Below, in pieces: positions 39,901-52,548 of a stretch of DNA of 64,000 bases. Each line of letters opens with the position of its first letter. The first letter of the stretch is position 1. The stretch comes from Tubiluchus corallicola (taxonomy: Eukaryota; Animalia; Priapulida). The notes under the pieces were generated by a model that saw only the letters and a list, made by a program, of their open reading frames with translations, made no database searches and was not told where the DNA came from. The translations under genes were made by a program, and so were the position numbers. The stretch covers positions 145,981-209,980 of the forward strand of contig JAQGDQ010000181.1 in NCBI GenBank assembly GCA_030141605.1. Direction: 5' to 3'.

Positions 39901-42900
39901 GCAAACAAATCATGTCTGACCTGATGGTAAGGAGGGCAGCTAATTAAGTAACGGCCAACTGTTTCATAAGTAGAACTATATTGACAACTAGGTGATACCA
40001 GCAAGCCCTTCGTAATATTTACATTTTCTGAGGAATAAATCATATAAACTTACTTCTTACATGCCGAAGACTTCATTTGATTGTCAATAAATATCACAGC
40101 ATTCCAACCTTTGAAAAGAGAAGCATGACGGCTAGCAGCATTTCGCCGGCATGTGTTGGGAGCAGCTAAAAAGTGCTCCTGTACCTAAAATAAGAATAAG
40201 TTCCTAAACCAGTTGATAATATCATTAGTTAAAAAAACCATAGTGAGGTGACTTTTCACATCAGATCCCGTTTTGAAGTACGGTAAAAAGTATACATTTT
40301 AACACATATAATAATGCCAAAGTTTCTGATAATTAAATAATAGGTTAAAATGTATTAATGAGAGGCGAGCCCAAAGAGTGATGATATCACAACTGACCAT
40401 AATTATCATAACATCACAACTGAGCATTTCAAGCACATGTTTGCGAAAGTGAAAATTGAATACAGTGCTACTGTACAACATTCATTTTGAAGTACAAAAC
40501 TCTGCAAATTTTAATTTTAAAATTTAAATTTCAAGTTTACCGCTATGCTCAAGCATGAGTTCTAGAACAGCCAAGAGTTATCCGTGCGAACACGATTATC
40601 TTAACTTCAAAAAATAGTATGCCGCCTTTAAATATTTTATATTGAATTAAAACAAGCCCGGTTTTCCATTGATACTTGTATGACTTTTCTTTTTCCAAGA
40701 CAAAATGAAAATAATGTATTAGTTTATGTTAAATTAACATCAATTTATGCCCAAGAACAAAAACAGCTAAAAATACAAGCTAGGGCAGCAACAGTAATAA
40801 TAATGCAGAGTGTCTCAAAACTCTCTCACTAATTCGAATTTTGTTTTTCTTTACAGTTGGTCAACCATCGCTGTTCATCTTGAAATAAACTCTCATCATC
40901 AGTTAGAAATTTTTTCGGTCTATATTTAAAATTTAGTGTAATTTTCTTTTGCTACCATACAATCCCTAAGGTAGAGGTATAATATCACAGGAGGTTTTAT
41001 AATCTGTGGTGGACGTGCAATGACGATTCCAGCGACAGGTTCTTCATAGTATGACGCCACCGAAATTCTCCGCATTTAAGCCAACTTGTCATCTGGTTTC
41101 CCTTGTAATTACTGTTTTGATATTTTTTCAAAAAGATTGGGGGACTTTTGTAACACCTGTACTTGTGGTAACACAGTGAACAATAACTTTTTTAAATACG
41201 TTTATAAATAAACAGTAGCATTGTTGCCATACAGTTAATTACTGTTCAGTAGTGTCATTTACGATAATTTTCTACAACTTTACCAGCTACAGTGATATAC
41301 ACAAATTACATGAACCACACCCGCTAGCTTATAACTGAGCCTACAACAGATTCTGTCACATAAATCTGTCTTTTCGCTTTCTTTTTGTCTATCATAAGAC
41401 GGAATTTTTGCACCCTTGCAGGCGATAAAATTATCAAGCCATCATGAGGTATATTTCACTGTATTTTTGCATACAAAACTGTTGTAAATGTATTTTAAAT
41501 TTGTATATAAAAAATGTATATATATATATATATATATATAAAAAATGTATATAATTCCAAATGACTTACGACTTATGAAGTAACAAGTTTATCAATTTAG
41601 TAGTACAGTACTGTATCAATAATAGATTACTGAACAATCAGATTATATCGTAGTACATGAAATCAAATTTATTCAGCACAACAATGAGAAAATGCTCTAA
41701 CATAAATTATCGATAAATATACAAACCTGAATATTAGTTGGTGTAGTAATGCTCCATTCAAACTCAAGCTCTTCCAACCAATATCCACATTTAATACTTT
41801 CCGTAACATACCTAGCAGTCAATATCCAGCGGCCTGAAATGTACAGAATTTAGAAGGCAATAGCAAGCTGCTACAGTGAAGCCAACTACACAACCAAGAG
41901 CACTGTGAAGACTAATGAAAGAACTATCTGTGCTATTAATTTAGCTTGACTCTATGATAACTTTAATTATAATTATGTGATCATATTTTAGTCAAGTCTT
42001 CTTTCTTTTTATATAGATAAGTACGCATATCCATCAGCTATTTCGTACGTTTTTGATACAGCACGAAATAATTTGTCAAGTTATCAAAGAATCACAGTTA
42101 GTCTATTTCAATTTAGGCTTTCATGTCAGGCTTTCAAGTTTAGTTTTACCAAAAATTTTACAATTTCACACACTTAAAATTAATTTTTTTTCATGGTAAT
42201 TGAAACCCAACTTTAATTTTTTGCAATGTAAATTAAAATGATTACGGTCGTGAAGTGCACTACGTACATACATATATACATATTTCTATGCATACTACAC
42301 CTAATTAGACATTTTCTGACAAACAGAGACAATTGTTAAGCCAGTTAACAACAGTATAAAAACGTATCATTTCTCTTCATTTATATGCTTAAACATTGAA
42401 ACACCAATCAGGATGGCTTGAGAGAAAGAGTGACATAACTTAACAACATCATTTCATCTATCTCTGCACACCAGTACAGACAATAAAAGATTAATATTCA
42501 TTGCATGGGCAACATAGGCAACACCTCATGAAAACTTTGAAATAAATCATATAGTTCTAAGCTAAACTGCACACACTGCTCATACTTAAAATTGCTGAAA
42601 ACTAGCTTTTGGCAATCTCACACTAATCTCGTGGCAGACAACAAAATAGGTTATTGAGAACATCAGAGAATAAACATTTCGCTTAATGTTCACGCAAGCA
42701 AAGCAACAGAATTTAGGTGAAATGGCCTGCTAGTACCTGTAATAAAGTCTTTAGAAGATGATATCATGTCAATTTTTCTATACATTAATTTTAACCTTAA
42801 CTTAACATGCCACACGATGCAGCAATTAACCCATTCCGCACTATAATATTCCTTCAATGTGATCTAGCTAGGCATCTTGGCTAGACCGATCTCTTACTAT

Positions 42901-45740
42901 CGCAGTGAAACTCGAGAAAACATTAATAAATCATCAGTCAACATACCTAGGATGCAAGCACCCAGAAACTTTTCACTCCGGCAAGGTTTCTGGCAGATAA
43001 GATGCGTCGTGTCTGGCCAGAATTCCTACAGCAATATAGCAAATAAATGAATTATTTACGTATACATAGGTAATAAACGAATTATGTAATGTATGATTAT
43101 GCTACAGGCCATAGAAACACAACCCAAGCACAGAACTAAAATAGAAACTTAAGTATTTAACTTTATCTATACGTAACACATGAACGGAATTTTGTGCAAC
43201 TCTGAATTTGCAGCTGTAGAAGGAATTTATTTTAGTTACCATTATTTTATAAATAAAAAACTCCAAGCAGTAATGCTGCCCCACAGTATATCATATATAC
43301 CATGAAGTCAATATCAGGCACATGCCAGGCCGATATATTATAACAATATTATTTATTCGGTGCACAGTAAAAATGGCACATGTAAAAATGGCACAGGAAA
43401 AGATGGCACAGATAAAATGACAGGGTAAAAATGACACAAATGGAAAAGTAGATAAAAATGGCATAAGAAAAATGCCTCATATGTTATTTTGATGCAATTG
43501 GTTTCTATAAAAAAAAAAGCTAGAATGCACTCAGTAGGAAGCAGATTTCTGCCAAAGCCGAACGATCTTAAACTTACTCTTCTGACTCTTCTGATTACAA
43601 AAATCACCACAAAGATAAACAAGCAAACATGCAAAAAAGTACTGGTAATAGTATTATTTAGAGTACAGACTAGCAAAAGACTAGTTGTTCACTAAGTAGA
43701 TGCACGAATGTTCCACAAAGTGTTACCTACCTTTTTAAGTTTCACCTATTAATTTTGGGGATTGTAATAGACAGAAAAAAATATACCTACCAAGTCACCT
43801 TATTAGGATATACACATTAATAAGCAAAAGTTAGGTGTAAACTAGTCACTAAACACTCCCTCTGAGTCTGAGACCGTGAAGTGCTTCACGAATGATTCTT
43901 TTTGTATGGGGTGTTCGGTAAAGTTTTGTGAAAAAAGAACCTGCAAAAAGATTCCCATTTTGGCATCCCTTAAGCCCTCATTTCTTCACAAAGTTTCTTG
44001 GAAATCTGTTAGATAGTTTTTGCGTAATAGGCTTACTGCCATAACAGACACTTACTGTGCTAGTTTTTCCTGTGCCATTTTTACCTACTTTTTTCATTTG
44101 TGCCATTTTCTCCTGTGCCATTTGCACCTACATTCAATTTATTCAACTCAAGTTATCTAGATACAACAGCTACATTGCAGCTTCTACTGGCAATGGATAG
44201 AAATACACTATTGTCACTATTGTGCAAGAAATGTACTATTAATAATTCACAGTAGGTACTTATCTAGTTACAGCTCAAGTAGAATTCACTCATATTTCCT
44301 AACTTAACTTCATGGCCCAAAATGCTGAACACGTTTAGCTGACTTCATTAAATGTTTTTGACAAAAGTGACAAGGTTTGTTGAACCTAACATGTTTGTTG
44401 AAAATAAATTAAATTCAACGAAGGCCCTTCTGAACTACAAATTTCCTCTCTGCCAAAAAGAGGATCTTCATTAGCAATGCCAGTAAGGAGAACTGACAAA
44501 ACAACATGCTCATGATCCAGTGTGCTCAGGCAAACTATTCTTTTATCATATCTAATCTTTCAAACTTTGTTTCTCACAACAAAAACTTGTGAAGACATGT
44601 AAACTAGTCATTTTGTGTAATGTATTAACGTGACAATTTATTGCAGCAAGAAGAAAGTATACAGCTGACATGCGCTTCGCCAAGCCTGGTCAGTAAATGG
44701 AAGGAATGGCCACAAGAAGACTGCTTTTGGATGTTTTCATCTACCGTACTGCTGCAAGGTATTTGCCTTGCTGAGTAAAGTGTATAAGCAAGCGAATACC
44801 TATGCCAGTTGAGTGTCTCACCTTAGGGAATTATCCTTGATTGATTAGCTAGGACCTGCCACAATTAGCAACACCCTGCAGAATGTCAGGCAGTACAAAA
44901 AATGGAATGAATATTTTAAGTAAGTTGCTTTTTCTTAGCACAATGAGATTAAAAACGTATCTTAATTAAGTGATATTTGATTTTACTGTGCTAAGAAGCA
45001 GAAGTATGTTCAAAATATTCTTAGCAACTACAGCAATAAATAGTTGCGTTTAGTTAGCTATTTAACTATATTAAACTAATAATTCTGATATGATATGATG
45101 TGATGTGATGTGATGTGATGTGATGTGATGTGATGTGATGTGATGTGATGTGATGTGATGTGATGTGATGTGATGTGATGTGATGTGATGTGATGTGATG
45201 TGATGTGATGTGATATGATATGATATGATATGATATATGATATGATATGATATGATATGATATGATATGATATGATATGATATGATATATGATATGATAT
45301 GATATGATATATGATATGATATGATATGATATATGATGTTATATGATACGATATGATAGGATATGATATATGATATAATATAATATATGATGATTATAAT
45401 AGTTATATTTAATAGCCATAACAAATATATGTAGCTAGGATCAAATACACTATTGTAGTCTCACTCTACTGAATTATTTCAAGCAGCTGTCTTTCAATTT
45501 TGTTTTAATTATATTATTTATTAATATCACATTTAATATTCATTTATAATATAATATTTATAATATTATATTTATTTATTCATTAATATCATATTGAATA
45601 AAAATGCACAAGATACACAGATACAAACTTACACAGCGATCCACGTAAGCTCCGCTCAGCTTCCGGATTGCATCAACAATGGAGGCACGCTCTTCATTCC
45701 GGAATCCGGTTAACTGAAACGTGCGTGGCAAACTCATCAT
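21967..45740 (-). CDS. SLF1: SMC5-SMC6 complex localization factor 1 (ANKRD32/BRCTx), about 1181 aa, 18 coding exons
   Basis: Exons 45740-45633, 43025-42947, 41833-41727, 40184-40054, 37646-37463, 36653-36482, 35508-35401, 34413-33647, 32729-32484, 31084-30912, 30376-30236, 28666-28498, 28133-28022, 27315-26738, 25796-25724, 25248-25063, 24588-24478, 22067-21967. All GT-AG, phases consistent, total 3546 nt. N-terminal tandem BRCT (FQLTGF, THLIC..PCRSEKFLGAC..GRWILT..YV, FEW) and C-terminal ankyrin repeats (KNYKGETRLHLAC, DNAGWTALHEAC, GITPLHDAV). Confidence 0.92.
23250..23760 (+). mobile_element. 3' fragment of a CR1/L2-type LINE
   Basis: Residual frame STNIFQQTTKYNAIKLWLNIPDEFKMFNLSKFKK resembles the C-terminal LWNxLP..FK motif of CR1/L2 ORF2, followed by UTR-like sequence with AATAAA. 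Confidence 0.6.
23998..24310. mobile_element. hAT MITE, 313 bp
   Basis: TIRs cagtgcctatttca / tgaaataggccctg, perfect 8-bp TSD actataac on both sides, GC-rich gaggcccc subterminal motifs. Confidence 0.92.
25827..26327. mobile_element. hAT (Charlie-like) MITE
   Basis: Right end tttgggaacccctg, decayed left end caagattctccaaa, repeated ggggtcRat motifs, flanks tattagat / tattggat (7/8). Confidence 0.8.
29755..30097. mobile_element. PIF/Harbinger-like MITE
   Basis: Inverted ends attcagactagtgagt / actcactagtctgaat with TTA on both flanks. Confidence 0.7.
31287..31800. mobile_element. pogo/Tigger-like MITE, 514 bp, young
   Basis: TIRs cagtcatacctccgttttcga / tcgaaaacagaggtatgactg, TA TSD on both sides, CpGs retained. 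Confidence 0.93.
33011..33586. mobile_element. pogo/Tc1-type MITE, 576 bp
   Basis: TIRs cagtaagtccttgcttaaagac / gtcgttaagcgaggtcttactg, TA on the right flank. Confidence 0.8.
35820..36135. repeat. Foldback repeat with two inverted tRNA-like arms
   Basis: Reverse complement of 35820-35938 aligns with 36018-36135. Each arm has an A-box-like segment, a CTTRTAA anticodon loop, a B-box-like RTTCARAT and a T run. Confidence 0.65.
37814..37872 (-). repeat. Decayed tRNA-derived (SINE-like) fragment
   Basis: Minus strand tagctgagatggttagagc (A box) ... gtttcaaatccc (B box); no intact cloverleaf. Confidence 0.5.
40806..41159. mobile_element. Internally deleted Tc1/mariner element
   Basis: Ends cagagtgtctcaaaa / ttttgtaacacctg-ta; minus-strand remnant loosely resembling the SPDLxPxD region. 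Confidence 0.55.
43358..44130. mobile_element. Foldback/MITE with ~15-bp subterminal tandem repeats
   Basis: Repeated aaaaatggcaca units at 43370-43475 and their inverse tgtgccatttt at 44060-44130. Confidence 0.7.
45086..45375. repeat. Compound pentanucleotide microsatellite, (TGATG) x ~23 followed by (ATATG)n
   Basis: Read directly; lies in the first coding-region intron of SLF1. Confidence 0.98.
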
Positions 45741-46274
45741 CACCTTGCCGACATCGACTGATGACTACACATCTGGAAACAATGACGTTTTTTCAGAGAC
45801 CAAAGACGAAGACTAGGCTATGACACATGCTCTTCTGATGCATCTATCCATTGTTAACTTTATGGCAATAAATAGTTATGAAAGACATTTGTAGTGCATT
45901 CAGTGAAATGAATCCTACTAACAAAACATGCACGAGTCAAACAGCTATACGTTCAATTACTCAGAAAGGAGTGACATGTACAAACTCGGGTAATAATGAT
46001 TTTCACTAGCAAGCTGTTGTATTCTGCAGCTGAAGAGACCTCCAAGTAATTAAATATTTATGATTGCTGGAAAAAGCAGCCATAAGGTATTAATAACATG
46101 CGAGTGGTGAGTAATTGAAACCATTGATCATAATAATGAGCAATAGCCAAGAACCTCACAACCGAAATTCACATTTTGTTCATCTCAACAGTGTCACCAA
46201 GCATTTTCCAACATAGCAGAATATGTGAATATAAAATGATTTCAATTTTTAATTCTAAATAGGATAAATCAAAA

Positions 46275-46870
46275 CCTAACCCAATCTTAAACTGTAAGTC
46301 AAAATAAACTACTCTTTAAAATATTGAAAGGAAATATACAATTTTTTTAAAAATGGCTTACATGAAAGAATTATTACCACACAAACACAATTTGACATTC
46401 GCGCCACTAGTTCTTCGCTGTTACATGTATTTCACCATTCGCTAGTTAGACGGGCACTAGCGCCTGCATTTCGGAAGCACACTGCAGAAAAACAGGTGCT
46501 GTACCTCTCAGTTCAGAGGTGTTAGTTTGTGACGAACTGCACACGTTCGACAGCTCACAGTGGTAAACTTGAAATTTGAATTTTAATCTTACAACTTGCC
46601 TAGCTTAAGTACAACACACTGAATATCCTACAGTAGCACTGTACTTCAACTTTCGCTTTCACAAATAAGTACAACACGCTCGTGGAATATTGTTACTGTT
46701 GAAAATGTTAGCTTGTGATGTCATCACTAGTAGGACTCGCCTGTCGTTAATTAAGTTTTTAATTTATTATTTAATTATCAGAAACACTTTTGCAGTATCA
46801 AATGTGTTGAAAAAATATTTTTATCCGACTTCAAAATGGAGTACTATATGAAAAATCATCCTATCTTCCT
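46275..46870 (+). mobile_element. Interspersed ~600-bp repeat, copy 2
   Basis: Colinear with 8270-8873 and shares its right boundary before TTAA. Confidence 0.8.
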
Positions 46871-49800
46871 TTAATTACTTATTAAAAGTATTCATATGTC
46901 AAAGTCATCTAGCAGGGCAAGACAAAATGTACACAAAAGTATGACTTCTACCAGTGCATTGAAAAGTTAGAAAATTTAACTGAAAAGAAACAAGTTTTGT
47001 GAAAACTTTTATCACAGACAAAAATACAAATAAAATCAACATAAAATATATATTTTACAACGAGTATTTTAGATATTGTCAGTGTGACAAAGTTAATACG
47101 CGATAGCAGAAAATTTGATTTTACTGCTGCAACTCTCAATGACAATGTTCAAGCTTCCCTGACATTTTTTTAAAAATAATTAGTTTCCCGAAAAAATATT
47201 AGTAATAGAAATAGTAAAATAATAGAAAAAAGTAAATCTGAATCTTGGAGTCTAACTTCAAATGTTATCGTCATCTTATCAACGATAAAATTTTCATTTA
47301 TATTTTGTTAAAGATGTATATTTTGTATGTATCTAGATATACATGTAATTTTCTCAATTTCTTTATAATTTTGTAATACTTTGTTAAACAGAGTAATTGA
47401 TTTGGATTTTGCTATTTACGTTATACATGTACATTTATGTATTTCTGCATATTCATGTATTTTTCTAAAAATTTTTCCAATTTGTCTGTGATTAGCTTCA
47501 TTTGTTTATTACTTGTCTTAAATGCGAAGAGTGGATGACCTGATAACCATTGGTTTTTCACAACCCTTTCTAATATACCCTTCTGGATAACACATATGTA
47601 CTAATGCATATTCAATGTAAGATAGCAATCTATATCTATCAAAGTCCACCTAACACCTTACTTAGTATCTGACAATAAAAACTGGTTAACTTACAAAACA
47701 AACTGTTTTAGTACTGATTAAAAACCGCAGCATTTCATTAGGCGCCAAAAAACGTTATGATTAACACACACAATCAATTGCTTCTGTAATATTTTTATTT
47801 TTACTGAGGTTGAGCCTCTTTTGTCATATCTGGCACAGCTGGAGTAAAACACCACTTTCTCAACAATGAGTGGTAATGAAAGTCTAAAGCCAAAGTGAAG
47901 AAAAAAAGTGAAAATTTAGAACAAACTCAACCTTCTATTGCATGCTGGATATTATAAACACAGCTAAAGCAAATAAAGCCTAGAAAAAAATTAGTGCATG
48001 TGTTTGTAACACAAATGCCAAAAACAAAAAGTACTGAATGGTTTATGTGTTGTGACTATACACAGTTTAACTGCTTATTTTTCCACCTTTGTGATTTTTA
48101 AAAATTAATGTGTTACGCCCCTCCCTCTTTCTCATCTTACCTGAAACTTCTTTGTTACTTTCAAGCACACAGGTGGTTTTTCTGCACATGAACAATCACC
48201 ATCAACCAGACGCATTTTTGCGACAATAACATGCCAATAGCATGCCCCGAGCCTCAAACATGGCAGTTAAATTCAACACAAATGTATAGACACAGTTGAA
48301 CAAGAAAGCATAACATCTTTGTTATACTCCCTCCGTGGAGGAGGGAGGAAGGGTGTGCAAAACAATGCAGGTTACAAATTTAATGATTTCACTGATAAAA
48401 AACTTGGTCACACAGCACACCTCACAGGTTGATCTCAGCAGAGACGCTAAACTCCAAAATTTTTTTGAAAAGGAACAGGGTCAAAGGCACTGGTTTATAA
48501 AGCAGCTAGCTAGCAGGAGCTGATAATAATGTGATGGTAGATTAAACACTGCCTGCAGAAGAGAAGCGCTCAAAGACAAGCTATAGATATTACAAAGGAT
48601 TAAACGCATGCATGAGTACACAGTATAGCAGCAAATAGTTAGAGTGCAGCACAAAATTTAAGCTTACCAAGCGTTGATTTGCAGTCTAATTTTCAAGTTT
48701 AATTTGATATTAAAAACTTCTTCAGCAATTAAACACTTTAGAATCCTTAGATATAAATTGAATAACATACTTGACAAAATCGAGGACCTTTTCCTGTCTC
48801 TTATTGTTTCATGTAGACGGGCATAGGCGCAAGGATGCACTGTATGAATTTACTGTCTTTAAAATAAAAAATACAATGGACTGCATTGTTTTGACATTTT
48901 ATTATGGAACCGATTAAAATGCATCTTTTTCATTGTTGCGATGTTATAATTTAATTGTTTGGAGTATAGTAATTACAATTCAATTTGGAGTATAGTAATT
49001 ACAATTCAAAGGCTTTGCATTAAAATATGTTAAGTTGTTGCTAAGTTTTGTTCCAAGTTTTTTAATGTGTTTATAATTGCTATCAATTTAGCATTCTCCT
49101 TTATTCATATTTCTTTGTTTTTTACTGTTTGAAAAACACCAGAATAAATTTTAGGCATAATATGAACTGAAAAAAGTTACAAGTTTTTTGTACAAGTATG
49201 GGCCACATTGTTTTCTCTAACTGATTACCATATGATGAGCTTTTTAATGACCTTTATGTAAAATGTTTGTTATACTTTGCCTACCAGAGGTGTAAGGTAA
49301 AAAACACAGTGGCTTTATTAAAACAGCTCCCATTTATCATGCTTCTTTCTCCTCCTATCACATGTACACTGTTTACATGTTACTGGTTACGTATCACATA
49401 CGTCATCTATCTAACAAAAGCTGGTGGACCTTTAACGTAACATTTTTCTTTGAAGCCGCCAGCTGGTGTCTCTTGCATTTACATAAATCAGGTGCTTTTT
49501 GGCACAGTGTATTAATTGACCAACAGTGTGTTATTTACAATGGTTACAAAAAGGGCGTAGTCAGGTTCCAAAGCTAGAGGAAGCAAGCACATAAAAAAGG
49601 TGCCACGACGCGTACTAAATAATTTTAATGCAATGATCACACATAAATGTAAATTTTGCCTTTAAAATCAAAGCACGAGGAAGGTACAGTACATAAATAA
49701 AATAATAACTCCAGAAAATTCTTCCAAGACCATGCAATTAAAAAAACAAAAAAGATTTGGCTTTTATCGCTCATGTAAACTAAACCGTTAAAACACTTGT

Positions 49801-50154
49801 TGAAAGTCAACAATTCTAAGAAATGTGCTCAGCAGAGAGTTTGCTCCCCTTGCTCCGCTATTAGCTATGCCGCTGGGTTACAATGTTAAATAAATTACAG
49901 TAGCTTTCCACACAAGCACCTTTGTGTGTAATTCGAAGCTTTGCAATTTACCGTTGTACTTAAATTAAGGCTAATGAAGTAAGGTATTATATATAACACT
50001 TAAAAAATACAACTTGCGAATATTCTTTCATTAATTTCTCAACTACCCTTATACAGCATATTCCAAAACAACAACTTAAATATTAACGTATTCAAGAATA
50101 GGCCCTGTTAAAAATTTTCTGGATATCAGCTGCATTGTAGAATTTCCTGAGTTT

Positions 50155-50514
50155 TAAGAACTAGTTCCAGTTCCTAGTTCTCTGGCCAAAAGGGAACTAA
50201 TTAAGTTCCAAGTTCCACAAATTTTAGAAAGGAACTAGTTCTAGCTCCAAATATACGCTTGCACTAAAAAAAACTTAGTTCAGTTCCATTAACTGCATTG
50301 CTTTTTGTCCACTAGAGTCCACCACATTTACCAAGAACAATCCATGGTAAATTACCTAAGACAGCTGACAACTCTTTAGCAAACACTAACTCAAAAAAGG
50401 AATTTGGAGGGCACTTTTACTTCCAAGTTCTTATGTGACAAAATGAACAAGTTCCTGAAGAAGGAACAAGTTCCAGGAACTTCATTCCATGAACTAAGTT
50501 CCTTTACATCCCTG
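50155..50514. mobile_element. Partial hAT-like element with gaactagttc subterminal repeats
   Basis: Many gaacWagttcc motifs ending in tttacatccctg; left terminus not found. Confidence 0.5.
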
Positions 50515-51516
50515 CAGATCATTAGTAATATTTCTATAGCATTTATTTTTCAGTAGTGAAATATATTATACATCACAGGTGAACGACATTAAACTTGTCC
50601 AATAGCTTAACACACGACTATACATGTATATAGTGTGCCTGCAGGAAAATTAGAGAAATGAAACAGCAAGCACAATAAGAATTACAATTACAACTAAGTC
50701 GTACTGATACAGAACTAATAAACAAGGAAATACATTTTATGATTTACTACCAAATGCAAGAGTTTCCTGAAATCACTTTAAAATATTATCTCTGATATGT
50801 ATGGAGTTAGCTGCTCAACAACAGCAAAAACAGATTTCAAATACAAACTTTTTACATCACAAACAAAACACTTAACCAATAAGGTTTAAAGAACTCTGTT
50901 TTATTTAAACACTGCTGTATTTATACTCGTAGTTTGCATTAAAAAGTGGCTAGTTATGAATAAAGTGAGCAAGATACCTTCAGCTTTGCACTTACCAAAC
51001 AATGAATAGATAATTATTTGTGCCATTTTGGACAAAATTTTATTCGTTGAGTTAATTTCTGGCAGTATTCACCAATGGTAGATAATGGCCACTTTTTTAC
51101 CCCAAATACGGCAGAAGTGATGCCGTCACTAGGTCAACTTTTTTTGGTTACTAACGCTGAGAAGCGAGAGTAATTTTCAGACAACAGAGAACATTAGCAA
51201 GCAGTATATATCCTGCAAATATGCACTAGAAAAAATCACACACTGACTCGGACCAACAATCGCATCAAAGTACATTAACTTTGTGCTTAATTAATGAGAC
51301 ATCAGTCAGGCGATACTTAACTAAGTCGTACTGATACAAACTACATACATGCTGTAGACTGAAAACACAGAATAGTAAGTTAAATTAGAAACGCTGCTAA
51401 TTATTTAAAAGCCATTGGTAAAACTTAGCTCTCCAGTAGTAAAACTGTCATTGTTTAAAACAAATGATTACGACAAACTAGGAGAACCTTGCTGCCACCT
51501 TAAAAAGAGCAAAACA

Positions 51517-52548
51517 TTAAAATTCACAAGCCCCGACAACTATCTTAATTTTAGTCTGAAATACAAATCCCGTATTTGGACCAAACAGCAACTTTGTGTT
51601 TAGAGTAAGCAAGAGTTCCTGGGGTCCTTCTAACTGATTAACGATTGCTACCTTTCCGGCAATGCCTCTCTTATCTGCTAAGGTGGCAGAAAAATCACTA
51701 GCTGTGGCTTTCCGAGAAACTTCGTCACATTTAATACATTGAACTGTCAATTCAACTTCGCTGTCTTGCCTTCCCTGAGTACCAGATGCACTAGATTCAA
51801 ACAATGTAAACGGCAACTGCACAAGCTTTGCAGGAAGGGCAAAAAATACGTTATTTGTCGTGTGGATACAGTCCAGGGTACCACGACATGGCACCCTTTT
51901 AGTGCAGGTAAGAATTCTGCCTTGCATTTGAGGTGTATATCCGACGTCGCAACTAATAGGTTCGCACTTGTAACCGCCATTCGTATTGAAACAAATCTCA
52001 TTACTTCCGCAGGGACTTTGTGGTCGGCATTCATCAGTATCTCTGCACACCAACGTCTGTCCAGAACCACCGACTCGTTCATACCCACCAGGACATGTAC
52101 ATACACCTGCAGAACAACTTATACTACATGCACTCTCAACTTCTTGTCGATCTTGTCGGGTTTCCTTTACTTCAGTGACGATGTCACGAGTACCCGAGCC
52201 AAATGCAGCTCCGAGACTTCCTCGAATGTTGTCCACGAGTGCTTTCTCATCTTCATCAAGCTTCGGTAATCTTGAACTATCGGCTCTAATTATTGTTGGT
52301 TGATTGTTGCTGTCACCTCCAGTTGTAACTCCAGTTCTGAGAGTCATTTTTGGTCCGGGAATCCCCACACCAGGTTGCTCTTGGGCTCTGATAATCACGG
52401 CTTCTGCTCCACTGGCTTCACTTTCCAATTGAGCAAGACGATTTTGACACATACTCAGTTCAGCTTGAACTTCAACTAGCTTTCGGCGACAACGTTGACC
52501 ACTCACACACCCAAGAAGTGCAATGATGCAAAATACTCTGAACTCCAT
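51517..52548 (-). CDS. Secreted fibulin-like protein (signal peptide, coiled coil, EGF/cbEGF, fibulin C-terminal domain), 343 aa, single coding exon
   Basis: Signal peptide MEFRVFCIIALLGCVSG; calcium-binding EGF DTDEC..C.....CFNTNGGYKC; fibulin/hemicentin-type tail LEGPQELLLTL...KIKIVVGACEF. Confidence 0.82.
   Translation of the reverse strand: MEFRVFCIIALLGCVSGQRCRRKLVEVQAELSMCQNRLAQLESEASGAEAVIIRAQEQPGVGIPGPKMTLRTGVTTGGDSNNQPTIIRADSSRLPKLDEDEKALVDNIRGSLGAAFGSGTRDIVTEVKETRQDRQEVESACSISCSAGVCTCPGGYERVGGSGQTLVCRDTDECRPQSPCGSNEICFNTNGGYKCEPISCDVGYTPQMQGRILTCTKRVPCRGTLDCIHTTNNVFFALPAKLVQLPFTLFESSASGTQGRQDSEVELTVQCIKCDEVSRKATASDFSATLADKRGIAGKVAIVNQLEGPQELLLTLNTKLLFGPNTGFVFQTKIKIVVGACEF

Noticed and set aside
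45071-45424. 117-aa His/Ile/Ser repeat ORF
   Set aside because: Translation of the pentanucleotide microsatellite.
16302-45740. SLF1 plus cyclin G as a co-regulated DNA-damage cluster or operon
   Set aside because: Only adjacency and shared strand support it; cyclin G appears to have its own upstream promoter-like region.
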